A DNA stretch of 64,000 nt from Cellvibrionaceae bacterium (GCA_021151615.1 JAGKXA010000002.1:4920-68919), one strand, 5' to 3'. Shown: positions 40,067 through 50,821, numbered from the stretch's first letter. Program-made: numbers and translations. The notes: generated by a model not told the origin, from the letters alone.

Positions 40067-40720
40067 ATGAATTTATTGATTCAAAACTGGCGCTGTGCTG
40101 TGTCGGTTCTGTTGACGGTATTTTCATTTTTCACAAGTGCGGCTGAATTTGCGCTGACAGTGAAAGATACCAAAGGTAATCCACAACCCGACGCTGTGGT
40201 AGCGTTGGTGCCAGCGCAAAAAAGTAATTACACCGATACACCTACAGTGGCCATTGATCAAATCAACAAACAATTTGTACCCGGTGTGATGGCGGTGCGG
40301 GTAAATACACGGGTACGTTTTCCTAACAGCGATGATATTCGCCATCATGTCTATTCATTTTCTCCCGCTAAAAAATTTGAGTTGCGTTTGTACCATGGTA
40401 TGGCGGCAGAGCCGGTGTTGTTCGATAAGCCAGGTACTGTAGTGTTGGGTTGTAATATCCACGATTCGATGATTGGTTACATCTTTGTAGTGGACACACC
40501 TTATTTTGCAGTGGCCGACGCTCAAGGCTTGGCACGTATTAGCCAACTACCCGCCGGAATCTATCAGCTGGAACTTTATCACCCGCGTATGAACAGCAAT
40601 TATCCCGTAAGCAGTGTGCAATTAACGGCAAATGAAACTAAACAGGATACGCGCGTGCTCGACAATTTGTCGGAAGCCAAAACCAGCAAACTGGAAGACG
40701 AATTTTCCAATCTTTTTTAA
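40067..40720 (+). CDS. Secreted cupredoxin-like protein ('methylamine utilization protein' annotation family)
   Basis: Signal peptide; FPNSD.IRHHVYSFS and GCNIHDSM give the His/Cys/His/Met type-1 copper ligand set. Confidence 0.88.
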   Translation: MNLLIQNWRCAVSVLLTVFSFFTSAAEFALTVKDTKGNPQPDAVVALVPAQKSNYTDTPTVAIDQINKQFVPGVMAVRVNTRVRFPNSDDIRHHVYSFSPAKKFELRLYHGMAAEPVLFDKPGTVVLGCNIHDSMIGYIFVVDTPYFAVADAQGLARISQLPAGIYQLELYHPRMNSNYPVSSVQLTANETKQDTRVLDNLSEAKTSKLEDEFSNLF

Positions 40721-40831
40721 TCAAACGGCGTTAACCGGGTTACTTTATGTGGATCTTGTTACACGGCATTTATTACACAGTAATGCCTTGAATTGCCCTC
40801 TTTGAACGGTCCTCCTTGAACGGATAGTGCA

Positions 40832-43159
40832 ATGCCAAAATTCAGTTACCTGCTCAAACTGTTGGTATTTTTGATTGGCCTGGTGGTCATTCTGGAGGCT
40901 ATTTCGTATGTCGCCACGCGGGTGGCAATCAATAAAGCCGTTACCCAAAATGCGCGCGCTGAATTGCTGGCGGGCGGTGAATTATTCAGCCGCTTGATGC
41001 AAAAAAATGTTGAGCAACTAGCGCTCTCGGTAAAGGTGCTCACTGAAGATTTTGGTTTTAAAGATGCGGTCGCCACCAACGATGAAAACACCATAGTGTC
41101 GGCGCTGGTGAATCATTCTGCGCGCGTTAAGGCCGATATGGGAGTGCTAATTACCAGCGACGGAAAACTAATTGCCAGCGACCAAGCCTTTGGGGTGCAA
41201 ATTGTGGATGAATTTGCTGTGCTCAAAGAGCAGGTAATGAAGCGCGGCCAAGCCTACGACATAATTATCGCTAACGGTCACGCCTATCAATTTGTAATGT
41301 TTTCAGTAAAAGCCCCAGTGGTAATCGGCTTCGCCGGTATGGGTTTTGAAATTAAAAAAGAGTTCAGCGATGACTTGCAAAGGCTCACCGGTTTGGAGGT
41401 ATCATTTGTCGATGGCAGAGATAAAAAATTTCGCTATCTAAGTGGTACTCTTACGGAGAATCAACAACACCAATTAATTACCAATCTAAATCTTGAACAA
41501 AAAACTGATGAAGTATTCATTTACGATGAACTCATGACGTTAGCTGTTCCCGCTGCGCGTCAAAACACTCACCTATTTGCGTTATTGCAAGTTCCCTTAA
41601 GTGAAGTGCTTGCTCCCTATGCCCGGTTGAATGTGCAACTATTTATTCTTGCGCTGGGCTTTGCCGGCTTGGCAGCAATTGCAGCTCTGTTTTTAGCCCG
41701 TAGCGTCACTAAGCCAGTTAGCATCTTGGCTGATATTGCACGGCGTATTGCCGCTGGATTTTACGCTACACCGATAGTGGTAAAATCCAACGATGAGTTG
41801 GGTGATCTGGCGCACGCGTTTATTAGCATGCAAAAGGCGATTGGTGAGCGCGAACAACAAGTGCTTTACCAATCAGAACATGATGCGTTAACTGGATTAC
41901 CCAATCGCCTGCGAATATTGCCTGAGCTTGAAGATGCCATTTCGCGCGCCGGTGTACTAAAAGAAAAAATCTTTCTGCTAATGATCGACATAAAAAATTT
42001 CGGTCAGATCAACGATGAAATGAGTCAGGAAATTGGTGATACGGTATTGCGCGAAGTGGGGCAAAAGATCCAGCGAATCTTAACCCATGGGGATGTATTA
42101 CGTTTTGGCAGTGATGAATTTGTGGCAATCCTGATGTCGCCCGAACAAACGGCGGTCAACGAATTTATTGAGTTGATTCACAGCGTATTTAAAACACCTT
42201 TGGTAGTCAGTGGCATTCAGTTGAGTATCGAAGTCAATATAGGCGCAGCGCAATATCCTGCGGATGCAGAAAATGCCGAGTCACTGTTGCGTCGTGCCAC
42301 GCTTGCACTCAATGAAGGGCGCGCAAGTGAGCAGCGCAGCTGTTGGTATCAACAGGGCTGGGATGAAAAATATTTGCGCCGTTTGCATCTGTTTCGTGAA
42401 TTTGAACCATCGTTGGCAGCAGGCTACATCAGCTTGTATTATCAACCGAAAGTGAATTTGGAGCAGCCAGACCTACTGGGTGCAGAAGCATTAGTGCGCT
42501 GGCGTCATCCGGAATTAGGTTTCGTGCCACCAGATGAATTTATCGGCGTGATCGAAAGTTCCGGACAAATAACCTTGCTTACCCGCTGGGTCCTTAAAAC
42601 GGCAATTGCACAACTGCGCCAATTACTGGACGAAGGCATTAAGCTGACCTGTTCAGTGAATCTATCAGCACTGGATTTATTGGTTGATGATTTACCGGCT
42701 TATGTCGCCGAATTGCTGCAGGCTAATCGCGTGCCGGCGAAAAATTTATATCTTGAAATTACCGAGAGCGCGATTATGGGGGAGGCAGATAAATGCCTGC
42801 ACAACTTGCAGCGTTTGCGCGACCTCGGCATTACGTTATCGATTGACGACTTCGGTACAGGTTATTCCTCGCTGTCACAGCTGAAAAAATTACCGGTATC
42901 AGAATTGAAAATTGATAAATCGTTTATTTTAAATCTGGTTACCAGCGCCGACGATCAATTAATTGTCCGCTCCACGATTGACCTGGGGCACACACTTGGG
43001 TTGAGCGTAACCGCCGAGGGTGTTGAGTCCGAGGCAATTAAATCGTTACTCAAAACCTTTGGCTGCGACACAGCTCAGGGCTATCTCTATAGCAAACCTC
43101 TACCTGCACGGGATTTTACCCAGTGGGTGCACCAGTACTTGGCTGAATTGGTGGATTAA
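40832..43159 (+). CDS. Membrane sensor-HAMP-GGDEF(degenerate)-EAL phosphodiesterase
   Basis: Two TM helices around a periplasmic domain, HAMP, GSDEF in place of GGDEF, intact EAL and DDFGTGYSSL. Confidence 0.93.
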   Translation: MPKFSYLLKLLVFLIGLVVILEAISYVATRVAINKAVTQNARAELLAGGELFSRLMQKNVEQLALSVKVLTEDFGFKDAVATNDENTIVSALVNHSARVKADMGVLITSDGKLIASDQAFGVQIVDEFAVLKEQVMKRGQAYDIIIANGHAYQFVMFSVKAPVVIGFAGMGFEIKKEFSDDLQRLTGLEVSFVDGRDKKFRYLSGTLTENQQHQLITNLNLEQKTDEVFIYDELMTLAVPAARQNTHLFALLQVPLSEVLAPYARLNVQLFILALGFAGLAAIAALFLARSVTKPVSILADIARRIAAGFYATPIVVKSNDELGDLAHAFISMQKAIGEREQQVLYQSEHDALTGLPNRLRILPELEDAISRAGVLKEKIFLLMIDIKNFGQINDEMSQEIGDTVLREVGQKIQRILTHGDVLRFGSDEFVAILMSPEQTAVNEFIELIHSVFKTPLVVSGIQLSIEVNIGAAQYPADAENAESLLRRATLALNEGRASEQRSCWYQQGWDEKYLRRLHLFREFEPSLAAGYISLYYQPKVNLEQPDLLGAEALVRWRHPELGFVPPDEFIGVIESSGQITLLTRWVLKTAIAQLRQLLDEGIKLTCSVNLSALDLLVDDLPAYVAELLQANRVPAKNLYLEITESAIMGEADKCLHNLQRLRDLGITLSIDDFGTGYSSLSQLKKLPVSELKIDKSFILNLVTSADDQLIVRSTIDLGHTLGLSVTAEGVESEAIKSLLKTFGCDTAQGYLYSKPLPARDFTQWVHQYLAELVD

Positions 43160-43186
43160 ATGATGTGCATTAATGGAGTGAGTAAT

Positions 43187-44065
43187 ATGAAAATTAGCGG
43201 AGTGATTTTTTTCCTGTGCTCCATTAGCAGTGTCTCGGCAACTACACTCGACAGTGACGAAAAAATAACGCGCAGTCGTTTGTTGGTTACCGGCGGTGCC
43301 TCAACCATCGAAGGCACCGCCGGCGGCGGTATAGTACCCATGGCTGTTATTTCTGGTTATGGCGCGCAGGAGGAGCAGGGCGGTACCGCCTTTGCGAGTT
43401 ATCTGGATACTGGCGATTATCAACTTGAAGTAGTGGGTGCGAGCTGGAGCTGGCGCAATCGTTTGGAGCTATCGGTTGCGCAACAAAAACTCACCCATAA
43501 TTCGCTTACTGCCGCACTGAGCTTGCCAACAGATTCTATTAGCCAGCGAATTTATTCGGCCAAGTTGCGCGTGGCGGGCGATCTGATTTATACGCCTATG
43601 CCGCAAATTAGTGTAGCTGTGCAGCATAAAGAAAATCTGGATTTCCTGGTGCCCGGAGCTGTAGGGGCCAAAGAGGATTCAGGGACTGATATTAATTTAA
43701 CAGCAACCAAGGTTTTTCTCGGCGGATTTTTAAATCGCAACTTATTAGTCAATGCCAATTTGCGTTATACCAATGCCAATCAAACCGGATTGGTTGGTTT
43801 TGGTGGCGATAAAAATGACGGTAAAGAAATTTTGCCGGAAATTTCTGCCGGCCTGCTGCTAAATAAGCATTGGTTACTGGGAACTGAATATCGCCAAAAA
43901 CCCAACAACCTTTCATTTATCAAAGAAGACGATTGGCAAACGGCATTTATCGGCTGGTTTCCCTCGCGCAATATTGCAGTGGTTGCTGCCTGGGTAGATC
44001 TTGGTGAAGTTGCCACTTTTAAAGACCAGACAGGTTGGTATTTATCCTTACAAGGGAGTTTTTAG
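43187..44065 (+). CDS. DUF3034-family exported/outer-membrane protein
   Basis: TGGASTIEGTAGGGIVP, ANQTGL.GFGG, EYRQKPNNL, terminal YLSLQGSF (barrel-type C-terminal Phe). Confidence 0.85.
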   Translation: MKISGVIFFLCSISSVSATTLDSDEKITRSRLLVTGGASTIEGTAGGGIVPMAVISGYGAQEEQGGTAFASYLDTGDYQLEVVGASWSWRNRLELSVAQQKLTHNSLTAALSLPTDSISQRIYSAKLRVAGDLIYTPMPQISVAVQHKENLDFLVPGAVGAKEDSGTDINLTATKVFLGGFLNRNLLVNANLRYTNANQTGLVGFGGDKNDGKEILPEISAGLLLNKHWLLGTEYRQKPNNLSFIKEDDWQTAFIGWFPSRNIAVVAAWVDLGEVATFKDQTGWYLSLQGSF

Positions 44066-44067
44066 CC

Positions 44068-44496
44068 ATGCGTACCCAAGGGTTAATGATTGCGAGTCTG
44101 ATCGCGGTGCTGTTCCTGTCCGCCTGTGCCAGCGGTACAAAAAAATCCCTCTATGACGAGCTGGGCCAATATGAAGGCATAGAAAATATTGTGCGCGAAT
44201 TAATTTTTGTTATCGCAAAAGACGAACGGGTTAAACCGCGCTACAAGGGCGTGAATATGCAGCATTTTAAAAAGGGCCTGAGCGATTATATTTGTGAACT
44301 TTCCGGTGGGCCTTGCGAGTACCAGAACGAAAATATGAAATTGGTTCATGCTGGCCATAACTATACCAACACCGAATTTAACGCGATCGTAGAGGACTTG
44401 ATTCTGGCGATGGAAAAACGCGGTGTGCCGGTTGCCACCCAAAATCGTCTCTTGGCTCTCCTTGCTCCCGCCTATAAAGATGTGGTTTACCAATAA
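44068..44496 (+). CDS. Group I truncated haemoglobin, lipoprotein
   Basis: Lipobox LSAC; SLYDELG..EGI, GGPCEY, proximal His in M...HAG, FNAIVEDL. Confidence 0.9.
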   Translation: MRTQGLMIASLIAVLFLSACASGTKKSLYDELGQYEGIENIVRELIFVIAKDERVKPRYKGVNMQHFKKGLSDYICELSGGPCEYQNENMKLVHAGHNYTNTEFNAIVEDLILAMEKRGVPVATQNRLLALLAPAYKDVVYQ

Positions 44497-44663
44497 TTTT
44501 GTGATGCCCCGGAAATTTTTGGTTTAACACTATTTAACATTTATCCACAAATTTGAGTGTGCTCGTGCGCAGTAGCAGGTTTATCCTTTGTGACACCTGA
44601 CTTGTATGCCAGTTGCTATGATTGGTAAATACACATAACAAAAAACAGCTCGAGACAATTGGA

Positions 44664-47156
44664 ATGAATACACCAGCCTTAAAAAAATCGGTGCTTGCCT
44701 TGTTGATGGTAAGCATCGTTTCCGCACCTGCCATCTGGGCCGATGCGTTAACTCTAAATAATCAGGATTACTTTGAAATGCAGGGGCTTAACGTTACTGT
44801 GTTTAGTGATATCTACCCCGATGGTCATCAGACAGGGGTAACCGTAATCCAGCATGGCAGCCGTGTTGCCGCTAATGGTGATTTGCGCTTGGAAATTTCA
44901 CCTGGTCAGTGGTCACCTATGCCAGTGGGTGGCAAGCAAATTGTTGATAAAAAAACGCAAACGATTAGCCAGAGCCTTTCCTATCCCGATCCGAGTAAAG
45001 ACCGCAAAGGTTTTAACCCAATTATTTATCCGGATTTAAAATTTACCTATCAGGTCAATGTGACCGCTTTGAAAGATAATCAATTTAAAATTAGCGTCGA
45101 TTTGGAGCAGCCGCTTCCGCAAGAGTGGGTAGGAAAGATCGGCTTTAACTTTGAAATTTTTCCGGGCGAATATTTTGGTAAATCCTGGCTGCTGGATGAG
45201 CAGAGCGGCATTTTCCCCCAACAGCCCAATGGCCCTTTGGTAAATCCCCATGGCGAGTTTTTAACAGCCGCCCTGGCGACAGGAAAAAAATTAATTGTTG
45301 CTCCCGATACCGATAAACAGCGAATGACTATTGAAAGTAAAACGGGTGAGTTGGAGTTGTGGGATGGCCGTGCCAATCACAATAACGGCTGGTACATAGT
45401 GCGCGGAGTTATTCCGGCAGAAAAAACCAAAGGCGCATTGGAGTGGGTCGTGACTCCCCATGTGATTAAAAACTGGGTTTATGAACCGGTTATTCAAGTA
45501 TCACAAGTGGGTTATGGCACGGCACAAACCAAACAGGTAGTCATCGAGCAAGACAAGCGCGATACCAAAGCGTCCGAGATAAAAATTTATCGATTGTCGG
45601 AAAACGGAAAAACAGAAGTTAAAAAAGCCAAAGTAAAACCCTGGGGCAATTTCCTGCGCTACCAATACATGACTTACGATTTCTCCGATATCAAAACGCC
45701 GGGCATGTACCAAATCAGCTACCGCGATAAAACCTCACACACGTTTAAAATTGGCGACGATGTGTTATCGCGTCACGCCTGGCAGCCGACACTGGAATAT
45801 TTTTTACCCGTGCAGATGTGTCATATGCGCGTGAATGAAAAGTATCGTGTCTGGCACGGGTTGGATCACCAGGATGACGCGCGCATGATGCCGCTCAATT
45901 TTAATCATATCGACGGTTATATTTCTGACGGCAGTACGCGCACGCCATTCAAGCCGGGCGAAAGGGTTCCCGGTTTGAATGCCGGTGGTTGGCATGATGC
46001 CGGTGATTACGACCTGCGCGTGGAATCGCAAATGGGTACAGTATGGTTGCTCGCCACTATGGTGGAAGAGTTTGGATTGAATCACGATGCGACCTTAATT
46101 GACCAGGAGAAAAAACTGGTTGAAATACATGTTGCTGATGGGAAAAACGATGCGTTGCAACAAATCGAACACGGTTTGCTGAGTGTGCTGGGCGGCTACA
46201 AGGCAATGGGGCGGTTGTATCGCGGCATTATTGAGCCAACTATTCGTCAGTATGTATTACTGGGCGATGCTATGGTGCAAACGGATAATTTGCCCTATGA
46301 CCCATCACTTAAGGAAGGTGAAGTGAAAAATGGTAAATCCGGCACGCCGGATGATCGTTGGGTATTTACCGAAGATAATCCCGAGCGCGAATTGGATGTC
46401 GCCGCAGGTTTAGCCGCAGCGGCGCGCGTATTGAAAACCCACAATCCACAAATGGCAAAAGAGGCGCTGGATGCAGCACAAAATCTGTATCGCATCGCTG
46501 CACCTAAAACCAAAAAGCAGGACGTGCGTGTGTTTGCATTGGCTGAATTAATTCTCGCGACCGATAGCGATATTTATCGCAAGGAATTAATTGGCTTGCA
46601 ACAAAACATAGTGGCAGAGATTGAAAAAACTGGTTGGGCAATTGGCCGGGTCATGCCAACCATTGACGATGAAAAATTTACCGCAGCGATTAACAGCGCA
46701 GTAGAAAATTATCAAAAAACGGTGCGCGAGCGTGCTAAAACCGAATCGCCCTACGGTGTGCCTTACAAACCCAATATTTGGGGCGCGGGTTGGAGTATCC
46801 AGGATTTTGGTGTTAAACAATATTTCTTCCACAAATCCTGGCCACAATTTACTGGTACCGATTCCTACGTGAATGCATTGAATTTTGTGTTGGGTGTACA
46901 CCCGGGTACTAACACCCAAAGTTTTGCCTCGGGCGTGGGCGCGAATTCCGCCACGGTGGCTTACGGCGTTAATCGCGCCGACTGGTCTTACATTCCCGGT
47001 GGCGTAATTTCCGGCACGGCATTAATTCGCCCGGATTTACCCGAATTAAAAATCTGGCCCTTCTTTTGGCAACAAACCGAATATGTGATGGGTGGTGGTG
47101 AAGCCAACTATATGTTCCTGGCGTTGGCGGTGGATCAGTTAAACAACAGCAAATAG
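44664..47156 (+). CDS. Secreted glycoside hydrolase family 9 with Ig-like domain and N-terminal extension
   Basis: Signal peptide, SQVGY Ig-like start, GGWHDAGDY catalytic motif, LNFVLG.HP, C-terminal TEYV. Confidence 0.9.
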   Translation: MNTPALKKSVLALLMVSIVSAPAIWADALTLNNQDYFEMQGLNVTVFSDIYPDGHQTGVTVIQHGSRVAANGDLRLEISPGQWSPMPVGGKQIVDKKTQTISQSLSYPDPSKDRKGFNPIIYPDLKFTYQVNVTALKDNQFKISVDLEQPLPQEWVGKIGFNFEIFPGEYFGKSWLLDEQSGIFPQQPNGPLVNPHGEFLTAALATGKKLIVAPDTDKQRMTIESKTGELELWDGRANHNNGWYIVRGVIPAEKTKGALEWVVTPHVIKNWVYEPVIQVSQVGYGTAQTKQVVIEQDKRDTKASEIKIYRLSENGKTEVKKAKVKPWGNFLRYQYMTYDFSDIKTPGMYQISYRDKTSHTFKIGDDVLSRHAWQPTLEYFLPVQMCHMRVNEKYRVWHGLDHQDDARMMPLNFNHIDGYISDGSTRTPFKPGERVPGLNAGGWHDAGDYDLRVESQMGTVWLLATMVEEFGLNHDATLIDQEKKLVEIHVADGKNDALQQIEHGLLSVLGGYKAMGRLYRGIIEPTIRQYVLLGDAMVQTDNLPYDPSLKEGEVKNGKSGTPDDRWVFTEDNPERELDVAAGLAAAARVLKTHNPQMAKEALDAAQNLYRIAAPKTKKQDVRVFALAELILATDSDIYRKELIGLQQNIVAEIEKTGWAIGRVMPTIDDEKFTAAINSAVENYQKTVRERAKTESPYGVPYKPNIWGAGWSIQDFGVKQYFFHKSWPQFTGTDSYVNALNFVLGVHPGTNTQSFASGVGANSATVAYGVNRADWSYIPGGVISGTALIRPDLPELKIWPFFWQQTEYVMGGGEANYMFLALAVDQLNNSK

Positions 47157-47542
47157 TCTTTTACCTAATGCGGCAATGGTTTATGAACAATTATTGCCGC
47201 AACAATGGTCACTCTATTTTTGCGTGAGCTGTATTGATGATTGGTAAGCTTATTATTAATAGGATTAATGTTCTTTCGTCATTAGCAGCAAATCAGTTAA
47301 ATCTTAAAAATCAAATTTCCGTTAACTTGAAATATCTTGTGCCAAAAATGCAGGCTTCCTCTATTTTTGGCGCCAGATATTTTTTACTGGTTGTGATTTT
47401 AAAAAGATTGTCCACAGTTAGACCGCTTGGGTGCATAACAGTGTTTTTTTTTGTAAACCGGCGCTTCGTCCTTTTCGTTTTATAAGCTTATGTCATTGAA
47501 AACCTTGCGTATTTGAATTGTGTTTCGTTTCTACCCATTGTT

Positions 47543-47589
47543 GACAACGTTGTCCATATGGGCTTAAGTTGCTTTCCGACAACGTTGTC
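47543..47589. promoter_or_regulatory. Pair of identical LacI-type operators GACAACGTTGTC
   Basis: Perfect 12-bp palindromes with central CG at 47543-47554 and 47578-47589; the first overlaps a TTGACA -35 hexamer. Confidence 0.85.
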
Positions 47590-47648
47590 GATCATTGGTT
47601 CCAGCGTTGCAGAGGCTTATCAACATTAAAATAGCTAGAGGGATAGTC

Positions 47649-50600
47649 ATGACGAACAAATTAAGAGATTCAATCCGCTCGGTGAACCGCAAGCTGATGC
47701 TGTGCGGCTCCGCAGCAACCCTTGCCGTATTTGCGTCCGGCGTGCAAGCGCAGGAGCCTGTGGAAGAAGTACTGGTTCAAGGTGTACGCGCCGCGCAGGA
47801 AAGTGCGGTTAACACCAAGCGCGATGCGGTTTCTGTAGTGGACGGTATTTCCGCAGAAGATATTGGTAAGTTGCCAGACGTTACTATTTCTGACTCCTTG
47901 CAACGTATTCCTGGCGTGCAAGTAACCCGTACCGCCGGTGAAGGTGGCCCGGTGCAAATTCGCGGTTTGGGTAGCGTAGGTACCAGCCTGAATGGTGAGA
48001 CATTCCTGAGTGCGACCACCATTGACCAGTCAGCCGCTGACTTTGGTGACTTGCCATCTACCCTGTTCTCTGGTGCAGCTATTTATAAATCGCCTTTGGC
48101 AACCAATACCGCCATTGGTATTTCCGGTACTGTAGACCTGAAAACCCGCCGCCCGTTTGATATGGATGACGGCTGGACTTTTGCGGGTACTGGTGAGCTC
48201 GACCGGGGTTCTATTAGTAAAGAAGATGACCCAACCTTTACCGGTTTGGTTAACTGGAAAAATGATCGTATTGGTTTCCTGGTTGCTGGTGCGACTACCG
48301 AGAAAAACCTGGCTACTGACTTTAATGGTTATTTTGATACCTCTGAAAACGGCGGTATTGGTGCAACCAACAATACCCATACCTGGGGTGAGAAGCCGCT
48401 TGGAAATGCGGATATTCGTAACTTGGTACCGCAAGGTTTTGCTGCGTTCCACAAAGCGGAAGAGCGTCATCGCGATGGCTTGAATGCGTCTTTCCAGGCC
48501 GATTTGGGCGAAGGTTTTGAGGTGGTTGCCGATTACTTCTACAGCGATCAGGAACGCTGGAATCGCCGCGCAGGTTTCTCCCATAACAACCGTTGGCAGA
48601 CGTTTGCTGGTTACGCGGAAGGAACTCAGTTCGGTGATTCGTTTGTTTATACGCCTAAAGGTGGTGAGCCGCAAAACTGGCGTACGGTAACTGCATTCAC
48701 AGCAGAACCATACCGTTTGCAATCTTTTGCGCAAACCAACTACAACCAGGAAAAATCGCAAAACTATAATTTTGAGCTGAATTACGACAATGACGGTGAT
48801 TTGACCGGCCAAGTACGGTTGACTCGCGCTACTGCCGATGCGGCTATGCGTCACGGTTATGGCGAAGGCGATATCCTGAGTATTGATAAGGGCTCAATTG
48901 TTACTGGTCCAGGTGGTTTGATTCCTGCCAGTCAATGTAATAAAGCCCGTGGCGACATCATTGTGGGCGACAAAGGTGGTTGTTTTGCTGCTTATGCACC
49001 GGGTGGAATCACCAGTCGCTTCCGCATTGGTTATGACGTAGCTGGCGACCATCCAACCTTCTCAGGTTTCGATCAGGTTGTTAATGGCGGAAAAGGCTCA
49101 CGTACCGTTGCCCAATACATGGCCGATATTGATTCCTACCACATTGGCGCATTCTCTTCTGAAAACAATACTGATCGCGACGCAACCTTGAATACTTTCA
49201 GCACTCGCTGGAATTATAAATTCGATGACCAGCCGTTCCTGACCAGTGTTGATTTTGGTGCGCGTAATAGCCAACGTGCTGTAGATAGCGTTCAGTTTTC
49301 CTATTTCGGTAAGTTAAATGGCGGATGTTCTGCGCAGTGGAAAGCCGTTGACCAGTTTACCGATAAACCTGCTGGCGAAGCGGCACAGACATCGGCTGGT
49401 TGTGACCCGGCGTTACCGCAAGGTGAGTTCGTTACCGGGCTGGATCAAACGGGTAAGGCTTACAACAATCAATATGTGAATTACACCTTGCTCAAGCCAA
49501 CACGTTTGGATGAACACAACGATGTTATTTGGGTGGATGATTTTGGTGGTGTTAAAGGTTTGCCAGGCGTATGGGTAATTGATCCTCGTTCATTTGACAA
49601 TACTTTGGCCTTCCAGGAAAAAGTATTTGGTGCGCAAGAAAAAGTTATTAACCCTGGTCAGTCTTTCCGTGTTGAGCTGGAAGAGTTCAGTTACTTCCTT
49701 CAGGCTAATCTGGAATATGGCATTGTTAGCGGTAATGTGGGTGTTAAGGTAATCGATACCGATTTGACAATTGTAGCCAATGAAGTAGGCGCGCAATTGC
49801 CTCACTCAGGAACTAACGTTGATACCGGTGATGTTGTAACCAAGCGTTCTTATACTGACTATTTGCCATCGTTGAACCTGGTGGCTGATGTGGCGGAAGA
49901 CGTAAAAATTCGCTTGGCTTACGGTGAAAGCATGATGCCACTGAATCTGCTGCAATGGGGTGGTGGTAAATCGGTAGGCCGCGTATTTAACAATGCCTGT
50001 AATTGTATGCGTGTGGCTAACGGTAGCTTGGCTGGTAACCCTGATCTGGATCCAATTCGTTCAACTAACTATGACTTGTCTGCAGAGTGGTATCTCGGCG
50101 GTGCGTCTATGGTGAGTGCAGGCCTCTTTAAAATTGAAATTGATAGCTTTATCGAAGACGGTACTGTGATGGTTGACGAACCTGATTCTGACGGTGTTCG
50201 TCGTGGCCCCTGGCAGTTTAATGCGTTGGTACAAGGCAAGGGTGGTGAGGTTAAAGGCCTTGAGCTAGCCGCGAAATTTGCATTCAGTGATATTACCGAT
50301 GCGCCCGTAATCAGCAATATGGGTGTTGATGTCAACTACACCAAGTCCGACAGTTCACAGGAGCGGAAAGGATTTAATGGTGAAGAGTTGCCGTTTGTGA
50401 ATAACTCCAAAGACACCTACAACTTTGTAGCCTGGTATGAAAACGAAGTGGTTTCTGCGCGTGTAGCTTATAACTTCCGCTCGCCACGTTTGATTACCGC
50501 TGGTAACCCTGCAACTGCTGAGCAGGCATTGTATCAGGACGATTACGGTCAAATGGACGTAAACGTAACCTATAACCTGAATGATCAGTGGTCTTTCTAT

Positions 50601-50720
50601 GTTAACGGTTCCAACGTATTGGAAGAAATTCAACAAACTTATGTTCAGTTTGATGATCAAAAGGCCTTCCAAAACATTTACGAAGCTCGTTGGGCACTGG
50701 GTGCACGTTTCAAATTCTAA
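47649..50720 (+). CDS. TonB-dependent receptor (sugar type)
   Basis: EEVLVQG TonB box, ISAEDIGKLPD..I.DSLQRIPGV plug, GNPDL.P, C-terminal ARFKF. Confidence 0.97.
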   Translation: MTNKLRDSIRSVNRKLMLCGSAATLAVFASGVQAQEPVEEVLVQGVRAAQESAVNTKRDAVSVVDGISAEDIGKLPDVTISDSLQRIPGVQVTRTAGEGGPVQIRGLGSVGTSLNGETFLSATTIDQSAADFGDLPSTLFSGAAIYKSPLATNTAIGISGTVDLKTRRPFDMDDGWTFAGTGELDRGSISKEDDPTFTGLVNWKNDRIGFLVAGATTEKNLATDFNGYFDTSENGGIGATNNTHTWGEKPLGNADIRNLVPQGFAAFHKAEERHRDGLNASFQADLGEGFEVVADYFYSDQERWNRRAGFSHNNRWQTFAGYAEGTQFGDSFVYTPKGGEPQNWRTVTAFTAEPYRLQSFAQTNYNQEKSQNYNFELNYDNDGDLTGQVRLTRATADAAMRHGYGEGDILSIDKGSIVTGPGGLIPASQCNKARGDIIVGDKGGCFAAYAPGGITSRFRIGYDVAGDHPTFSGFDQVVNGGKGSRTVAQYMADIDSYHIGAFSSENNTDRDATLNTFSTRWNYKFDDQPFLTSVDFGARNSQRAVDSVQFSYFGKLNGGCSAQWKAVDQFTDKPAGEAAQTSAGCDPALPQGEFVTGLDQTGKAYNNQYVNYTLLKPTRLDEHNDVIWVDDFGGVKGLPGVWVIDPRSFDNTLAFQEKVFGAQEKVINPGQSFRVELEEFSYFLQANLEYGIVSGNVGVKVIDTDLTIVANEVGAQLPHSGTNVDTGDVVTKRSYTDYLPSLNLVADVAEDVKIRLAYGESMMPLNLLQWGGGKSVGRVFNNACNCMRVANGSLAGNPDLDPIRSTNYDLSAEWYLGGASMVSAGLFKIEIDSFIEDGTVMVDEPDSDGVRRGPWQFNALVQGKGGEVKGLELAAKFAFSDITDAPVISNMGVDVNYTKSDSSQERKGFNGEELPFVNNSKDTYNFVAWYENEVVSARVAYNFRSPRLITAGNPATAEQALYQDDYGQMDVNVTYNLNDQWSFYVNGSNVLEEIQQTYVQFDDQKAFQNIYEARWALGARFKF

Positions 50721-50756
50721 GCATATAATCGCTTTGGATTTTAATCTGTGCTAAAT

Positions 50757-50787
50757 AAAGCCACGGCAAGTCATTGCCGTGGCTTTA
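50757..50787 (+). terminator. Hairpin after the TonB receptor (terminator or mRNA-stabilising stem)
   Basis: AAAGCCACGGCAA-gtca-TTGCCGTGGCTTT. Confidence 0.75.
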
Positions 50788-50821
50788 TTATTTGTAGCTA
50801 CCATTTTTATGGAATATAAAT

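Noticed and set aside
47234..47485. 83-aa ORF upstream of TBDR1 (likewise 55539-55787 and 30718-31023)
   Set aside because: Weak starts, no RBS or motifs; better explained as promoter/UTR DNA or antisense overlap
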